Below are positions 18,432 to 29,177 of a stretch of 57,858 bases of DNA, piece by piece. Both the position numbers and the translations under genes were made by a program. The DNA is from a virus. Lineage: Duplodnaviria > Caudoviricetes. Within the stretch, counting starts at the first letter, position 1. Every line of letters begins with the position of its first letter. The notes under the pieces were generated by a model. The model saw nothing but the letters and a program-made list of their open reading frames with translations. It had not been told where the DNA came from and made no database searches. The DNA lies in IMG/VR virus record IMGVR_UViG_3300021197_001375, positions 1 through 57,858 of that record; one strand, 5' to 3'.

Positions 18432-18992
18432 TTAATTTTTGGTTTTTATTTCCGTTTGATTTCCTTCAAACGTATTGAACAACTCTGCAGGTATACTGCC
18501 ACCTCTTTGATGATAGTCCCGCAAAGTTGTTCTAAGGGTTCCGGCATGAACTGCAATTTTCCGATCGGGCTCATAACCTTGTCCTCGTGCAAGTAGAGCA
18601 TATTGCTCCGCTTGGTTGTCTTCGTTAAGACCAAACTTAACTGTGATTTCATTTTTCACAATTGCGCCTAGTCCATTGTCTCGAAGCCATTTATGTGCAT
18701 CTTCTTTTTTACTAGTAATAATAGAAGCACCAAATACATCTTTGACGGATATTTCTGATCCGTCTTTTAATTTTAATGTTTTGAGATTTAACTGACTCAT
18801 TAAGTCAGGTATAATTATATTAGAATAATATTTTTCTCTTTCTTTTAATTCTTTCAGTTTTGTTTCTTGATTAATAACTTCTTGTTTTATTTCTTGAAGC
18901 GTATTAATTTCATTTGAGAGTTCGTCGGGATTTAAGTTTGACACCTGATTCGGTGCATCTTTTCTTAGGTCGATGGTCATATCTTTCTCCAT
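18432..18992 (-). CDS. Replication-module hypothetical protein (N-terminal coiled coil)
   Basis: 186-aa ORF downstream of a promoter. Confidence 0.7.
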   Translation of the reverse strand: MEKDMTIDLRKDAPNQVSNLNPDELSNEINTLQEIKQEVINQETKLKELKEREKYYSNIIIPDLMSQLNLKTLKLKDGSEISVKDVFGASIITSKKEDAHKWLRDNGLGAIVKNEITVKFGLNEDNQAEQYALLARGQGYEPDRKIAVHAGTLRTTLRDYHQRGGSIPAELFNTFEGNQTEIKTKN

Positions 18993-19036
18993 ATAGGTTT
19001 GTTAGTTTAATAATTAATAATAATATCGCACTTACC

Positions 19037-19064
19037 TATATAGAGATTTAATAAGTTGTGTCAA
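19037..19064 (-). promoter_or_regulatory. sigma70-type promoter for replication operon
   Basis: TTGACA-N16-TATATA on minus strand. Confidence 0.55.
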
Positions 19065-19065
19065 C

Positions 19066-19401
19066 TTATTTTTGATAAATATTTATTTCGATTGGATAAT
19101 AAGTTTTTTCTTGACGGTCCCATTTTAATAACTTGTACTTACCATTAGTTGTGTCTGAAACTAAAGAACATACTACACCTATGATAGCAGGGTCACCTGA
19201 CAATAAAAGATAGTCTTCTTCAGTATAGTTTTTTAGAAGTGTTCTAAGTTTCATAACTAAAGGACCTGGTGAATGAATCATTTGTGAAAATTCTGGAAGT
19301 AATGACACAATATCACCATATTTCTGTGCGCCTACAATATTATATTTAGGCTCACCTTTACCGGTTCCTGGAATGTCTTGTATTAAATAAACTTTGCTCA
19401 T
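19066..19401 (-). CDS. Small alpha/beta (Rossmann/CARF-like?) protein
   Basis: MSKVYLIQD...DYLLLSGDPAIIG. Confidence 0.6.
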   Translation of the reverse strand: MSKVYLIQDIPGTGKGEPKYNIVGAQKYGDIVSLLPEFSQMIHSPGPLVMKLRTLLKNYTEEDYLLLSGDPAIIGVVCSLVSDTTNGKYKLLKWDRQEKTYYPIEINIYQK

Positions 19402-19429
19402 TGACTTTTTTACTTTCATACAATATATA
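19401..19429 (+). promoter_or_regulatory. sigma70-type promoter for SNF2 helicase
   Basis: TTGACT-N17-TATATA. Confidence 0.55.
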
Positions 19430-19452
19430 ACAATTAGAAAGCAAAAGTAAAC

Positions 19453-20892
19453 ATGAATTATAAATTTAAAACTAAGCCTTATCAGCATCAGTTAAGAGCT
19501 TTAGAACGTTCTTGGGACAAAGAATACTTTGCCTATTTTATGGAAATGGGTACAGGTAAATCTAAAGTATTAATAGATAATGCATCTATGTTGTATGATA
19601 AAGGTGATATAAATGGTCTATTATTGATAGCACCTAAAGGTGTTTATAAAAATTGGTATAAGAATGAAATACCTACCCATATGGTAGATCATATAGAAAA
19701 AAAAGTTGTTCTTTGGGAAACCTCTAATAGCAGTGCAGAACAAATTAAAAAATTAAATAGTTTATTTTCAACTGGAACTGATTTTCATATTTTAATTATG
19801 AATGTAGAAGCTCTTTCATATCCAAAAGCTACAGAGTTTGCTAGACGTTTTTTAAGTTCTCACAAAGCTATGATGGCAATTGATGAATCTACAACTATTA
19901 AAACACCCACCGCAAACAGAACTAAAAATATTTTAAGATTAAGACCTTTAACTAAATATAGAAGAATATTAACTGGCTCACCAATAACTAATTCACCCTT
20001 AGATTTATATACACAGGCTGCTTTTTTAGATAGTTATCTTTTAGGCTTTGATTCTTTTTGGGCATATCGTGCTCACTATTGTGTAATGAAAACTATGAAC
20101 TTAGGATCTAGAACTGTATCAGTGCCGGTAGGTCCTAATAAAAGAAACTTACCTGAACTAGAAGAAAAAATAAAAAAATTTAGTGAACGTGTTTTAAAAG
20201 ATGATTGTTTGGATCTTCCTAAAAAAACTTATGTTACTAGAGAAATAGATCTTACAGGTATTCAAAGAAAATTATATAATGAAATGAGAAAATATGCTTT
20301 GTCACAATTAGATGGAAAAGTTTGTTCAACTTCTACAGTAATGGTGCAACTATTAAGATTGCATCAAATATCTTGTGGCTACCATGCAAATGATGACGGA
20401 ACTGTACAAGAATTACCATGCAATAGATTAACAGAGTTAATGGATATTTTATGGGAGCTTTCAGGTAAAGCTGTTATATGGTCTTTTTATCAAAAAGATG
20501 TTGAAAGAATTATACAAGAAATAAAAAAACAATTTGGTGAAGAATCTGTTGTTGATTATTATGGTTTAACTCCTCAAGATGAAAGACAACAAAACATAGA
20601 AAAATTTCAAAACAATCCTAAGTGTAGATTTTTTGTAGGTACAACTCAAACTGGTGGTTATGGTATTACTCTTACCTCTGCTAGCACTATGATATATTAT
20701 TCTAATGGTTACGATTTAGAAAAAAGATTACAGTCAGAAGCTCGTATTGATCGTATTGGTCAAACTAAACCTATGACTTACATTGATCTAGTTGCAGAAG
20801 ATACAATAGATAACAAAGTTCAAAAAGCTTTACGAACTAAAATGAATATAGCTAGTGATGTTATGGGAGAAGAACTTAAACAATGGATATAA
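19453..20892 (+). CDS. SNF2-family SF2 helicase
   Basis: MEMGTGKS, IDES, LTGSP, QSEARIDRIGQ. Confidence 0.93.
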   Translation: MNYKFKTKPYQHQLRALERSWDKEYFAYFMEMGTGKSKVLIDNASMLYDKGDINGLLLIAPKGVYKNWYKNEIPTHMVDHIEKKVVLWETSNSSAEQIKKLNSLFSTGTDFHILIMNVEALSYPKATEFARRFLSSHKAMMAIDESTTIKTPTANRTKNILRLRPLTKYRRILTGSPITNSPLDLYTQAAFLDSYLLGFDSFWAYRAHYCVMKTMNLGSRTVSVPVGPNKRNLPELEEKIKKFSERVLKDDCLDLPKKTYVTREIDLTGIQRKLYNEMRKYALSQLDGKVCSTSTVMVQLLRLHQISCGYHANDDGTVQELPCNRLTELMDILWELSGKAVIWSFYQKDVERIIQEIKKQFGEESVVDYYGLTPQDERQQNIEKFQNNPKCRFFVGTTQTGGYGITLTSASTMIYYSNGYDLEKRLQSEARIDRIGQTKPMTYIDLVAEDTIDNKVQKALRTKMNIASDVMGEELKQWI

Positions 20893-21076
20893 GCCACTCT
20901 ATTAAAACTAGCGACACAGCCCCCACCGTGCCCAATAATACCCAATAGATCTTGTCTATCTTGCCGCCCAATTCGTGAATTCCTTTGTGCATATGCACAA
21001 TATCTTTTTTAACACCTTTAATATGGCCATAAAGAGATACTATATGCTCTCTAGTAGTTTTAGGTTCTATTGCCAC
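20876..21076 (-). CDS. Coiled-coil plus C-terminal TM protein (XhlA/holin-like)
   Basis: Heptads then IYWVLLGTVGAVSLVLI. Confidence 0.6.
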   Translation of the reverse strand: MAIEPKTTREHIVSLYGHIKGVKKDIVHMHKGIHELGGKIDKIYWVLLGTVGAVSLVLIEWLISIV

Positions 21077-24000
21077 TATGTTATTAATCCTCTTTGACGT
21101 AATCTTATTAATTGTTCTTCCGGAGATAATAAAGATTGCTCTATTGGTGTCAATCCTTGTTGTGTCACATTAGGCTGTTGTAATTGTGCTGTTTGTATTA
21201 CCTCTGGATTAGGATTAGCGTTTGCCACTGTTTGAGGTAAAGGTGGTGTTGGTATTTCTGGTATTAAATAATTTTCTAAATTTAAAGGAGCTGATGATTC
21301 TACAAATCCTCCTTCTTCAAAATTAGGTATTTCTTGTGTAAATAATAATGGTGAGTCTAATGATATATTTCTCATGTCAGATACCATTCTTCGTAAAATA
21401 GGTCGCGCTACTACATAAGGATTTACTCCACCAAGATTTCTAGCTATTTCTCTAAATCTTTCTTCAATATCTTCTGATGGGAAATATGGATTAAATCTAC
21501 CTGTTCTTAAATTGTAAAAATTTTTATCTGAAATTTGTCTTTCAGTAAACGCAGTATACAATTGATTAGTTCCTACACCTAAAGTTTCTGCTGCATTAAT
21601 ATCTTTTTTAATGTTTTGCATAACATTAAATCTAGAATTATTAGATTTTGCAAATCTAGTTATAATGTCGTTTACTTCTACAGGTCCACCTTTTAATAAT
21701 CCAAAATAACCACCAGTAAATTCTCTTCTAGATTCTCTAATACCCCTTTGATAATTAGCTATTTTAAATCCCATTGATTTTAATGGATCTATTTTGATAG
21801 GACGTAGTCCCATAAATCCTGCTATTTCTGGACCAACATCTAATAGATCTCCTCTTTTTGTTGGAGTCTCTGTAGCTGCTTGAACTAATCTAATGTATTG
21901 TTTGTATGATGGTGCTAAGGCATTTCCTAAATGTAAAAATCTTATAGCTGCCTTATCACCTGCTGATGTTTGTTCTGTATATAACTGTCTACCGTCCGCA
22001 GTTCTACCACCTCTAATAGTTAAATCTGCTGTTGCTTCTGTCCAAATAGATTCTGCAATAAAAGGATTCATTATTTCTGCACTAGCTTCTCCGATACCAT
22101 TTACAAATCCTGTAAGTAACTGTTCTTCTGTTAACTCACCCTCTTGTATCTGATTAACAACAGTTCTTAATGGTCTACCAATTATGTCATACGCATTACT
22201 GTGACTAAAGTCTATGTATCTTAATTCACCATCTTCATCTTTAATAGGTATCAATGTAGAATTTTTTGACCACTCAGGTACAAATCTTCGTAGTGCATCC
22301 ATTTCATCTTGTGTCACATCATATAAAGCCATAGCTCCCTCAGTTAAAGCTACTGGTACACCTGTGGTAAATGTTGCCATTCCTAATAATCTTGTAAGAC
22401 CTGTTTTATATCTACCAGTTGTTATAGCATTATTTTTAACAACTCTTTCTGTTCCATCTTCTAATATTTCTGTAATACTTGAACCTATATTGCTTCCTTT
22501 AACCCTGATGCCTGGAGCAGGTATGTGTCTCATTTCATTTAAACCCTGTTCTACAATGTTTGTAGTTGTTCTAATCATTTCAGATGGAAACGACATAAAG
22601 TTACCAATCGGTAATAGTCTTGCTGTTCTTACAGCAGAACCAACGAATGCATAGTTAGGCACAGTGTTTTTAACTATGTTAGCTGCCTCTGTTTTTAGTG
22701 CAAAGTCATTTAAGAATTCATCGTAAGTTCCTTTGAATCCATTTTGTTTGGCTCTATTAAATTTTATATTGAGTTCTGACTCAGGTAAATTAATTACATT
22801 TCTATTTACTGGTCTACCATTTACTCTGTAGTTTTTTAATCTTTTTAATTCAACTACATAGTTTGCAATTTTAAACGTGTCGTCCTCTGCAACGTATTTA
22901 CCTTGAGCAAAGTCTCTTACCTTTCTCATGGTGTTCATAAAAGGACTAACAGTTGTATCTATATTTGCAACTTGTTGACCTAATCTTACATCTGTTAATA
23001 AAGCTTTTAAATCTGATATTTGTACCTGTGAGTTTACAACACCTAACTCTAATAATTCTCTATAAGCTTCTTGTGCTTTAGCACTTGGTGGACCAAGTTT
23101 TAATAAACCAGATGTTTCAATACCTTCTTTAAATGCATTTGTGTAAAACTCAGGGTCAAACAACGTACCGTTAGCACCTGCAAAACCAAACGCACTAAAC
23201 ATATTACGTAAGTGTGTAGGTATAGAGAACACAGTTTTTGCTAATTGTGATATTCCTTTTGGAAATAATAATAAGTTTCTATACATCCAACTAACAACAG
23301 CTTCAGCTCCTTCTTTACCTTCACCTCTTACAAAACCTTGAAGACCACTTGCTATGTTGTTTGCATTTTTTAAAGCTTCTGCTATTTCAACAGTTGTATA
23401 TTTACCAGCTGCAGGGTTTATAAACTTACCTGATCCAGGTAGTTCTTTTACAATCTCATCTACCGGCACCATTTTTATACCTGTAGTATTAGATCTTAAT
23501 GCTTGTTCACCTGCTTCTTCACTAGCCCAGAAAAAACCTCTACCCCCTGCTTTTTGTACCTCATTATTTTTTGCAACTACACTAGATAAATAAGCTGTTG
23601 TTCTTGCAACAGAAGATAAGTTTGTCATTGCATTATAAATAGAATATCTTGGATCTGTTACTTCACCAAGTAATTCTCTAATTTCTTTTGGTGGTAATGC
23701 AGTGTCATCAATAACTTGTGCTACAAAATCTGCACCTGGTCTGCCTTCCATAGTTTTAGTTATGTAGTCGTTAAAACCAAGAGCTTTAGGTTTACCTTTG
23801 TTTCTAACTGCATTTAATAAACTTTCAACTTGTACCTTTGCTTCTCTAAAATATTTATCACTGGTTGCTATATCAAAACTTGTATCACCAGCTTCTTTTG
23901 CTATCTGTTCTCTAAAAAATCTTATAGCTGATTCTTTAGCTTCATCAGTAGGTGTGTATCTATTAAAGAGTGTAGAAAAACCTTTTCGTGGTTCTTCAAA

Positions 24001-25218
24001 TATTCTGTATGTACCACCTATCCAGTTAGTAACTCTGTCCTTTAATAACGTTTGTAAATCAGAAACACCTTTATTTAACTTACCTCCTTGAGCATTTGCA
24101 TCTAATATATTTACTAGTTTTACGAACTCTTCTCTAGCATTATTAATACCACCAATTAAGTTACCTTTACCCTCTGCAGATACATTTAAGTTATCAAACT
24201 GCTTAATTAAATCATCTAATGCATCTTTGTTTAAAGGTTTTCTAATATTGCCACTAAACAAAGCTTCGTTAAGCCCTGTTAAAAATTTTGTTTTCTCTGC
24301 CTTACCTGCTTTACCAATAAGATTTTCTGCATCTGGATAAAAGCTATCTACCTCTTTAGTAATGTTATCTACAATCTCTTTTGCTCTATTTTGATCAGAA
24401 GCTTGTAATGCCTGTTTAACATTTTCTTCATCAAACAATTCTTTTGTTAATCCTCCTCTAGGACTAAAAGGAGCTCTGACATATTTGTCTAACCACCTTG
24501 CAAATCTAGAATCGCTGTAAGCTAAGTCTTTGCCTCTTGATGCTAGGAGCTTGGCGCTTTTACCAACACCATAAACGAAAGGTGTAAATGCAATAGACTC
24601 AGCTCCAAACTTTAATCTGTTAGCTAGTCTTCGAGCAGCTTCTTCTCTACCGTACCCTTCATCTCGATCTAATTGTGTAGGTCCACCTTCAAACATATCA
24701 CCAAACGTTCCTATTTTTTCAACGTCAGCAACAAAAGCTTCACCGGCTGCACCACCCATTAGACCTACAGCAAATCTTGGAACTTTTGCTTTATCATTTA
24801 ATTCTTTTGCTTTATCTAATGCTGTGCTTAATTTTGCTCTATCTTTTGTTTTTTTAAAACTAGCAAAAGCATTTGTACGTTTAGCTTTTAGTGCTCTTGC
24901 TGTTATATTTCTTGCAAGTTTATTAGCTGCTTTAAATCCTATTGTACCTGGAACTCCTACTTGAATTAATGCTTCAGTAAGTCTTCCTAATGCATTTTCC
25001 TCTGCTACTTCTTCAAAAGGATTTAAGTCATCAAAAAATTTATCTACGTCTGCTGCAAGATTTGTATCTGCACCAAGATCAATAAGTTCTGCTGCTAATG
25101 AAAAGACTCCTTCAGGTATTTTAATTATACCTGACGCAATACCTGCTGCTACAGATGTATACCAAGATGTATCATTGTCTTGTTCTGTTTTTGTTAGAGG
25201 TAGAAATTCTTCTGCCAT
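21076..25218 (-). CDS. Large internal virion/ejection protein
   Basis: 1380 aa, helical Ala/Gly-rich, Cys-free; at end of structural operon. Confidence 0.75.
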   Translation of the reverse strand: MAEEFLPLTKTEQDNDTSWYTSVAAGIASGIIKIPEGVFSLAAELIDLGADTNLAADVDKFFDDLNPFEEVAEENALGRLTEALIQVGVPGTIGFKAANKLARNITARALKAKRTNAFASFKKTKDRAKLSTALDKAKELNDKAKVPRFAVGLMGGAAGEAFVADVEKIGTFGDMFEGGPTQLDRDEGYGREEAARRLANRLKFGAESIAFTPFVYGVGKSAKLLASRGKDLAYSDSRFARWLDKYVRAPFSPRGGLTKELFDEENVKQALQASDQNRAKEIVDNITKEVDSFYPDAENLIGKAGKAEKTKFLTGLNEALFSGNIRKPLNKDALDDLIKQFDNLNVSAEGKGNLIGGINNAREEFVKLVNILDANAQGGKLNKGVSDLQTLLKDRVTNWIGGTYRIFEEPRKGFSTLFNRYTPTDEAKESAIRFFREQIAKEAGDTSFDIATSDKYFREAKVQVESLLNAVRNKGKPKALGFNDYITKTMEGRPGADFVAQVIDDTALPPKEIRELLGEVTDPRYSIYNAMTNLSSVARTTAYLSSVVAKNNEVQKAGGRGFFWASEEAGEQALRSNTTGIKMVPVDEIVKELPGSGKFINPAAGKYTTVEIAEALKNANNIASGLQGFVRGEGKEGAEAVVSWMYRNLLLFPKGISQLAKTVFSIPTHLRNMFSAFGFAGANGTLFDPEFYTNAFKEGIETSGLLKLGPPSAKAQEAYRELLELGVVNSQVQISDLKALLTDVRLGQQVANIDTTVSPFMNTMRKVRDFAQGKYVAEDDTFKIANYVVELKRLKNYRVNGRPVNRNVINLPESELNIKFNRAKQNGFKGTYDEFLNDFALKTEAANIVKNTVPNYAFVGSAVRTARLLPIGNFMSFPSEMIRTTTNIVEQGLNEMRHIPAPGIRVKGSNIGSSITEILEDGTERVVKNNAITTGRYKTGLTRLLGMATFTTGVPVALTEGAMALYDVTQDEMDALRRFVPEWSKNSTLIPIKDEDGELRYIDFSHSNAYDIIGRPLRTVVNQIQEGELTEEQLLTGFVNGIGEASAEIMNPFIAESIWTEATADLTIRGGRTADGRQLYTEQTSAGDKAAIRFLHLGNALAPSYKQYIRLVQAATETPTKRGDLLDVGPEIAGFMGLRPIKIDPLKSMGFKIANYQRGIRESRREFTGGYFGLLKGGPVEVNDIITRFAKSNNSRFNVMQNIKKDINAAETLGVGTNQLYTAFTERQISDKNFYNLRTGRFNPYFPSEDIEERFREIARNLGGVNPYVVARPILRRMVSDMRNISLDSPLLFTQEIPNFEEGGFVESSAPLNLENYLIPEIPTPPLPQTVANANPNPEVIQTAQLQQPNVTQQGLTPIEQSLLSPEEQLIRLRQRGLIT

Positions 25219-25229
25219 TTAACCTCCTA

Positions 25230-26087
25230 TTAAATATCGCCTATACTCGTCAAATCTACATTTTCAAAACTTTTAACTGAATCTTTTCTTCTTTGTTTTT
25301 CTAATTCTTCTGCTTTTTCTGTTCCAGGAAACAGACTGTATGGGTTATCTGGTTTTATAACTTTTTTGTTTTTATCTACTTTTGCAGCTTCGTCAGCTAC
25401 AGTATCATATGTATCTATATTAATTACTTCTACACCAAACCCTTCTGTAGTTTTTCTAATTCGTTTAAATTGTCCATCTGTTATGTCGTAGTATATATGT
25501 CCTACTTTCTTTTTAGTTTTGAAAGTTTGTGAATTAATATCACCATGTCTATCTCCACCTACTAAACCTTTAAAACTATCACCAAAAATTTTGTTGGCTC
25601 TTGTTTCTAGGCCGCCTTTTTCATAATTATTTCTATTTGTAGCTTGTGTTAAATTACCTTCGTACAAATCTAAAAACGTTGGAAGTAAATCAACACCTGA
25701 TTTCATACCTGCAATATCTCTTTTAAGTTGTCTTTCAGCCATGCTTTCACCTAACTGAATACCAGCTAATTTTCTAGCTTCTTCTCGTTCTCTTGCATCT
25801 TTTCTACTAGCTAAAAGACCAGCAACTGGTTTATCAGCTGCAGCAACTATGTTTCTCATAGTTCCACCAGGTAAAGTACTTGATGCTAAAGATGGTCCAT
25901 ACGTTAATAAAAAATCTGTAAGCGGATCACCTTTTTGAACAGGCCCCATTCGTTCAGTAATGATAGCATCTGCTTCATCGTAAACGTTTCCTTTTTTTGC
26001 ATAGTTTTGTCTAGGTGAAATGTTTTCCATGATACCAGTCATAGCTTCTCCACCTTTTCTAAACATTGGTCTTCTAAATACTTTCAT
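25230..26087 (-). CDS. Putative ejection protein
   Basis: Position; N-terminal FRRPMFRKGG. Confidence 0.6.
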   Translation of the reverse strand: MKVFRRPMFRKGGEAMTGIMENISPRQNYAKKGNVYDEADAIITERMGPVQKGDPLTDFLLTYGPSLASSTLPGGTMRNIVAAADKPVAGLLASRKDAREREEARKLAGIQLGESMAERQLKRDIAGMKSGVDLLPTFLDLYEGNLTQATNRNNYEKGGLETRANKIFGDSFKGLVGGDRHGDINSQTFKTKKKVGHIYYDITDGQFKRIRKTTEGFGVEVINIDTYDTVADEAAKVDKNKKVIKPDNPYSLFPGTEKAEELEKQRRKDSVKSFENVDLTSIGDI

Positions 26088-26911
26088 TATTGAAATGCCC
26101 TATATATCCCTGCTAATGTTGCCCCTGCTCCTAATGCTGTTTGCGCTGCACTTGGAACAACTTGTTGTCCTATATTTGTTTGACCAGGATAACCAGATAT
26201 TAAACTAGCAACCCCTGTACCTAATTGTGATGCAGCAGTTAATGGTTGTTGTAATTGTTGTAAAGCTAATTGTTGTTGCGCTTGTAAACCTGCTTGATCA
26301 GTTGCTTGTTGTAAACCACCTAAAGTGGTTAATCCAGAAATTTCTCCAGCTGCTAATTGTGGAGTTAATCTTGCAAGTGATGTTTGATTAGCTAATGCTT
26401 GTTGTGCAGCTTGTTGTGCTTGTACAAATCCTTGTTGTTGTAACTGTGCTTGTAGTGCTGCTCGGTTCCTGTCGCTTGTTGCTTGATACTCGGCTAGTTG
26501 AACACCTTCTCTACCACCACCAAATGCACCAGCACCAATTGCTGTTGCTCTTAATCCAGGTAAACCTTTTGCTGCTTGCACATCAAATTCTGTAAGTGTT
26601 GTATCAATTACATCTTGTTGATAAGGTGATTTAAAACCTGATATTAAAGTTTGTAACTCAGCCCCTGTTTTTGGAGCAAGACCTGCTGCTGTTTGTAAAA
26701 AAGGTTGAAATCCTCCAAGACCACCTGCTTTACTTATAGCGTCTTGACTTAAGGCACCAAGACCAGCTACATATTGTGGTCCATAAACTTTACTTAAATC
26801 AGCTGTCTTAAAACCACCAACTGCTTTTTGTAAATCATCTAAATATGTTTTTCCCGCTGCTTCAATAAATGGTGCGGGTCTCGTTATCTGTGATACTGTT
26901 TCTGTTGCCAT
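26087..26911 (-). CDS. Gln/Ala-rich DNA transfer (pilot)-like protein
   Basis: GAGAFGGGREGV, Q-rich helices, hydrophobic C-terminus. Confidence 0.65.
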   Translation of the reverse strand: MATETVSQITRPAPFIEAAGKTYLDDLQKAVGGFKTADLSKVYGPQYVAGLGALSQDAISKAGGLGGFQPFLQTAAGLAPKTGAELQTLISGFKSPYQQDVIDTTLTEFDVQAAKGLPGLRATAIGAGAFGGGREGVQLAEYQATSDRNRAALQAQLQQQGFVQAQQAAQQALANQTSLARLTPQLAAGEISGLTTLGGLQQATDQAGLQAQQQLALQQLQQPLTAASQLGTGVASLISGYPGQTNIGQQVVPSAAQTALGAGATLAGIYRAFQ

Positions 26912-28233
26912 TATACTACTTTGCTCTCCAATCTTTTCATAGTGTCATACATAAGTTGAGCACCTTTATCTATATCTCCACCTCCTGCTGCTCTTACAGC
27001 ATCGGCGGTAAATACGAATTCGTTGTTTGATAACATCGCTGGGATATCATCTGCTTTTTCTTTTATACCAACTGGTGGAATAAATCCACCTGTTTCTCTT
27101 AGATCTAGTTCTTTAACTCCTTTAGAATTTACGTTTATTGGTAGACTTTCAATACCTGAAGCCATTTCTACTTTATCTTCAGTGCCCATAGCATAACCTA
27201 TTCTTCCGCCTTGAGCTTGTTTAGCTCTTTCTTTTATTATTTTTTTAATATCTTCTGGTTCATAACCTAATAAAGGTGCTATTTTTTCTGCTATTTTGTC
27301 TAATGTGTCAGGTAATATTCTTAATTTTTTTATTATTGGATCTTCATCACCATCAGCATAACCTATACGTCCCCCATCTGCTGCCTCTTGTTTTTGTTGC
27401 ATAACTTTTTTTCTACGCAGATCTTCTAAATATTCTTTATAGAGTTGTTCCGCACCCATTTTTCGTTCTATATCTTTTCGCTCTCTCATGTACTCTTCAA
27501 AAGAAGGAGTTCCCTCTGAATAACCTATACGTCCACCATTAGCTCTATACTCTGCTGTGTTCTCTTGTACAAACTGAAATACTTCTTCATCTGTAGCATT
27601 AGGATTTAAATTTTTGTATCCTCTTGATAAATATCCTTTTATTGATTCTACATCGACTTCTGCATTTGGATCGCTTGTATCTAGTCCACCTGCTTCTGCT
27701 GCAGATATTGCAGCTGATCCTAAAGATCCTATTGCAAATGCAGCTAGTGTACCTTTACCTTTATCACTTAAACCTGGAATACCAGGAATGCTTGGTAAAC
27801 TTAAACCTCCAAAAAAATTACGATATGTGCTGCCTTGTCCAAATCCAGCTGTGCCACCAAACATCTTAGGTGCATAATACAATGCAGCTGCAGTTAAAGC
27901 AGTTTTACCTAAATCTGATTTAGCAACTTTTTTAACACCTTTGGCTACGCCTTTAACAGCTTTACCAACAGACTTAACAATACTACCTAAACCGTATTGT
28001 GCTCTACCACCTACTGCTAAGCTATCTCTAGCTGCCTCTTGTAAAGACTCATATTCATCGTCTGTTAAATCCGATAAAGGTTTTTTATATAACATTAAAG
28101 ATAATGAATTTAATTCAGCCATTGGATCTGGGTTGGAAGCCATCATTTGATTAGGTCTTAAATCACCCTTCAATGTTATATCTGGTGCGCCTGCTTTGAA
28201 ATCTTTTGCTTGTATAGTATCTGTTATTGCCAT
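26911..28233 (-). CDS. Putative internal virion protein with AxGGRIGY repeats
   Basis: Three GGRIGY plus AVGGRAQY; C-terminal DDIPAMLSNNEFVFTADAVR. Confidence 0.7.
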   Translation of the reverse strand: MAITDTIQAKDFKAGAPDITLKGDLRPNQMMASNPDPMAELNSLSLMLYKKPLSDLTDDEYESLQEAARDSLAVGGRAQYGLGSIVKSVGKAVKGVAKGVKKVAKSDLGKTALTAAALYYAPKMFGGTAGFGQGSTYRNFFGGLSLPSIPGIPGLSDKGKGTLAAFAIGSLGSAAISAAEAGGLDTSDPNAEVDVESIKGYLSRGYKNLNPNATDEEVFQFVQENTAEYRANGGRIGYSEGTPSFEEYMRERKDIERKMGAEQLYKEYLEDLRRKKVMQQKQEAADGGRIGYADGDEDPIIKKLRILPDTLDKIAEKIAPLLGYEPEDIKKIIKERAKQAQGGRIGYAMGTEDKVEMASGIESLPINVNSKGVKELDLRETGGFIPPVGIKEKADDIPAMLSNNEFVFTADAVRAAGGGDIDKGAQLMYDTMKRLESKVV

Positions 28234-28286
28234 AATTTTGTCTAAATTTAGTTTATAGGGCAGGCGTACTTATCCTGAAATATCAC

Positions 28287-28315
28287 ACTTTATTTGATTT
28301 TTTTCGTATCGTCAA
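28287..28315 (-). promoter_or_regulatory. sigma70-type promoter upstream of ejection genes
   Basis: TTGACG-N17-TAAAGT. Confidence 0.45.
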
Positions 28316-29177
28316 TAGCTGGTTTTAGGTTATCAAAGAACCTACCACAGAATTGATGTTCACCTACATGGGTTATATAGTCCATAATATATAGATATAC
28401 TTTACCACCCATATCAGTCCACCTTTGACAAAAACCAAAATCTTCTCCAAAATAACGTTTAGTTTCGGTGTCGTGTATCGTATCAAATAAGTTATAAAAA
28501 TTAAGTTTTTTTTCTTCTTTACCATTAATATTAGTAGGCTGAAATATTTCTAACTCAGGATGATGTTTCATCATTTTTTCTAATACTGTTCTTTTAATAA
28601 GCATACATCCTGTTGGAGCATGAGTTGCTTCTACAATACCTAACTTAGATTCAATGTGATCTTGATCTTCTAATTTTATAGGAAATGTATATCCAGGTTT
28701 TCTTAATTCATCAGGGTTTTTAGCCCTATCTTTTTGTTGAAATATTTTGTCCCAATCTAAAGACTTCATAGGATATGGACATGCTATTACATCTTTATCT
28801 GCTTTTAACATTGTCTCAATAGTTTGAAAATTAAAATCAATATCTGAATCTATAAATAATAAATGTGTATAACCATCTTCATGATTTAACATTTCAGCTA
28901 CACATAAATTTCTACCTTGAGTAACCAATGATGACTTCATTATAGTAAAGCTTACTAACATCTTTCTAAGTATACAGTCTTGTTGAAACTTTAATACTGC
29001 TTGACAATAATGCATTGATACATCGCTGTGAACTGGTGTGCATACCATTATCTTATAAGGTGATTTAGATTTAGGTTGTGGTTCTGATAAATCTATAACC
29101 TCAGCACCTGTATTAGATTGTTGAATTGTTTGATAAGTATCTTCATTAAACCAGATAGGTTTATTAGGATTTTGCAT
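28290..29177 (-). CDS. GT-A-like glycosyltransferase
   Basis: FIDSDI, GEDFGFC; similar to 15235-15936. Confidence 0.7.
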   Translation of the reverse strand: MQNPNKPIWFNEDTYQTIQQSNTGAEVIDLSEPQPKSKSPYKIMVCTPVHSDVSMHYCQAVLKFQQDCILRKMLVSFTIMKSSLVTQGRNLCVAEMLNHEDGYTHLLFIDSDIDFNFQTIETMLKADKDVIACPYPMKSLDWDKIFQQKDRAKNPDELRKPGYTFPIKLEDQDHIESKLGIVEATHAPTGCMLIKRTVLEKMMKHHPELEIFQPTNINGKEEKKLNFYNLFDTIHDTETKRYFGEDFGFCQRWTDMGGKVYLYIMDYITHVGEHQFCGRFFDNLKPAIDDTKKIK

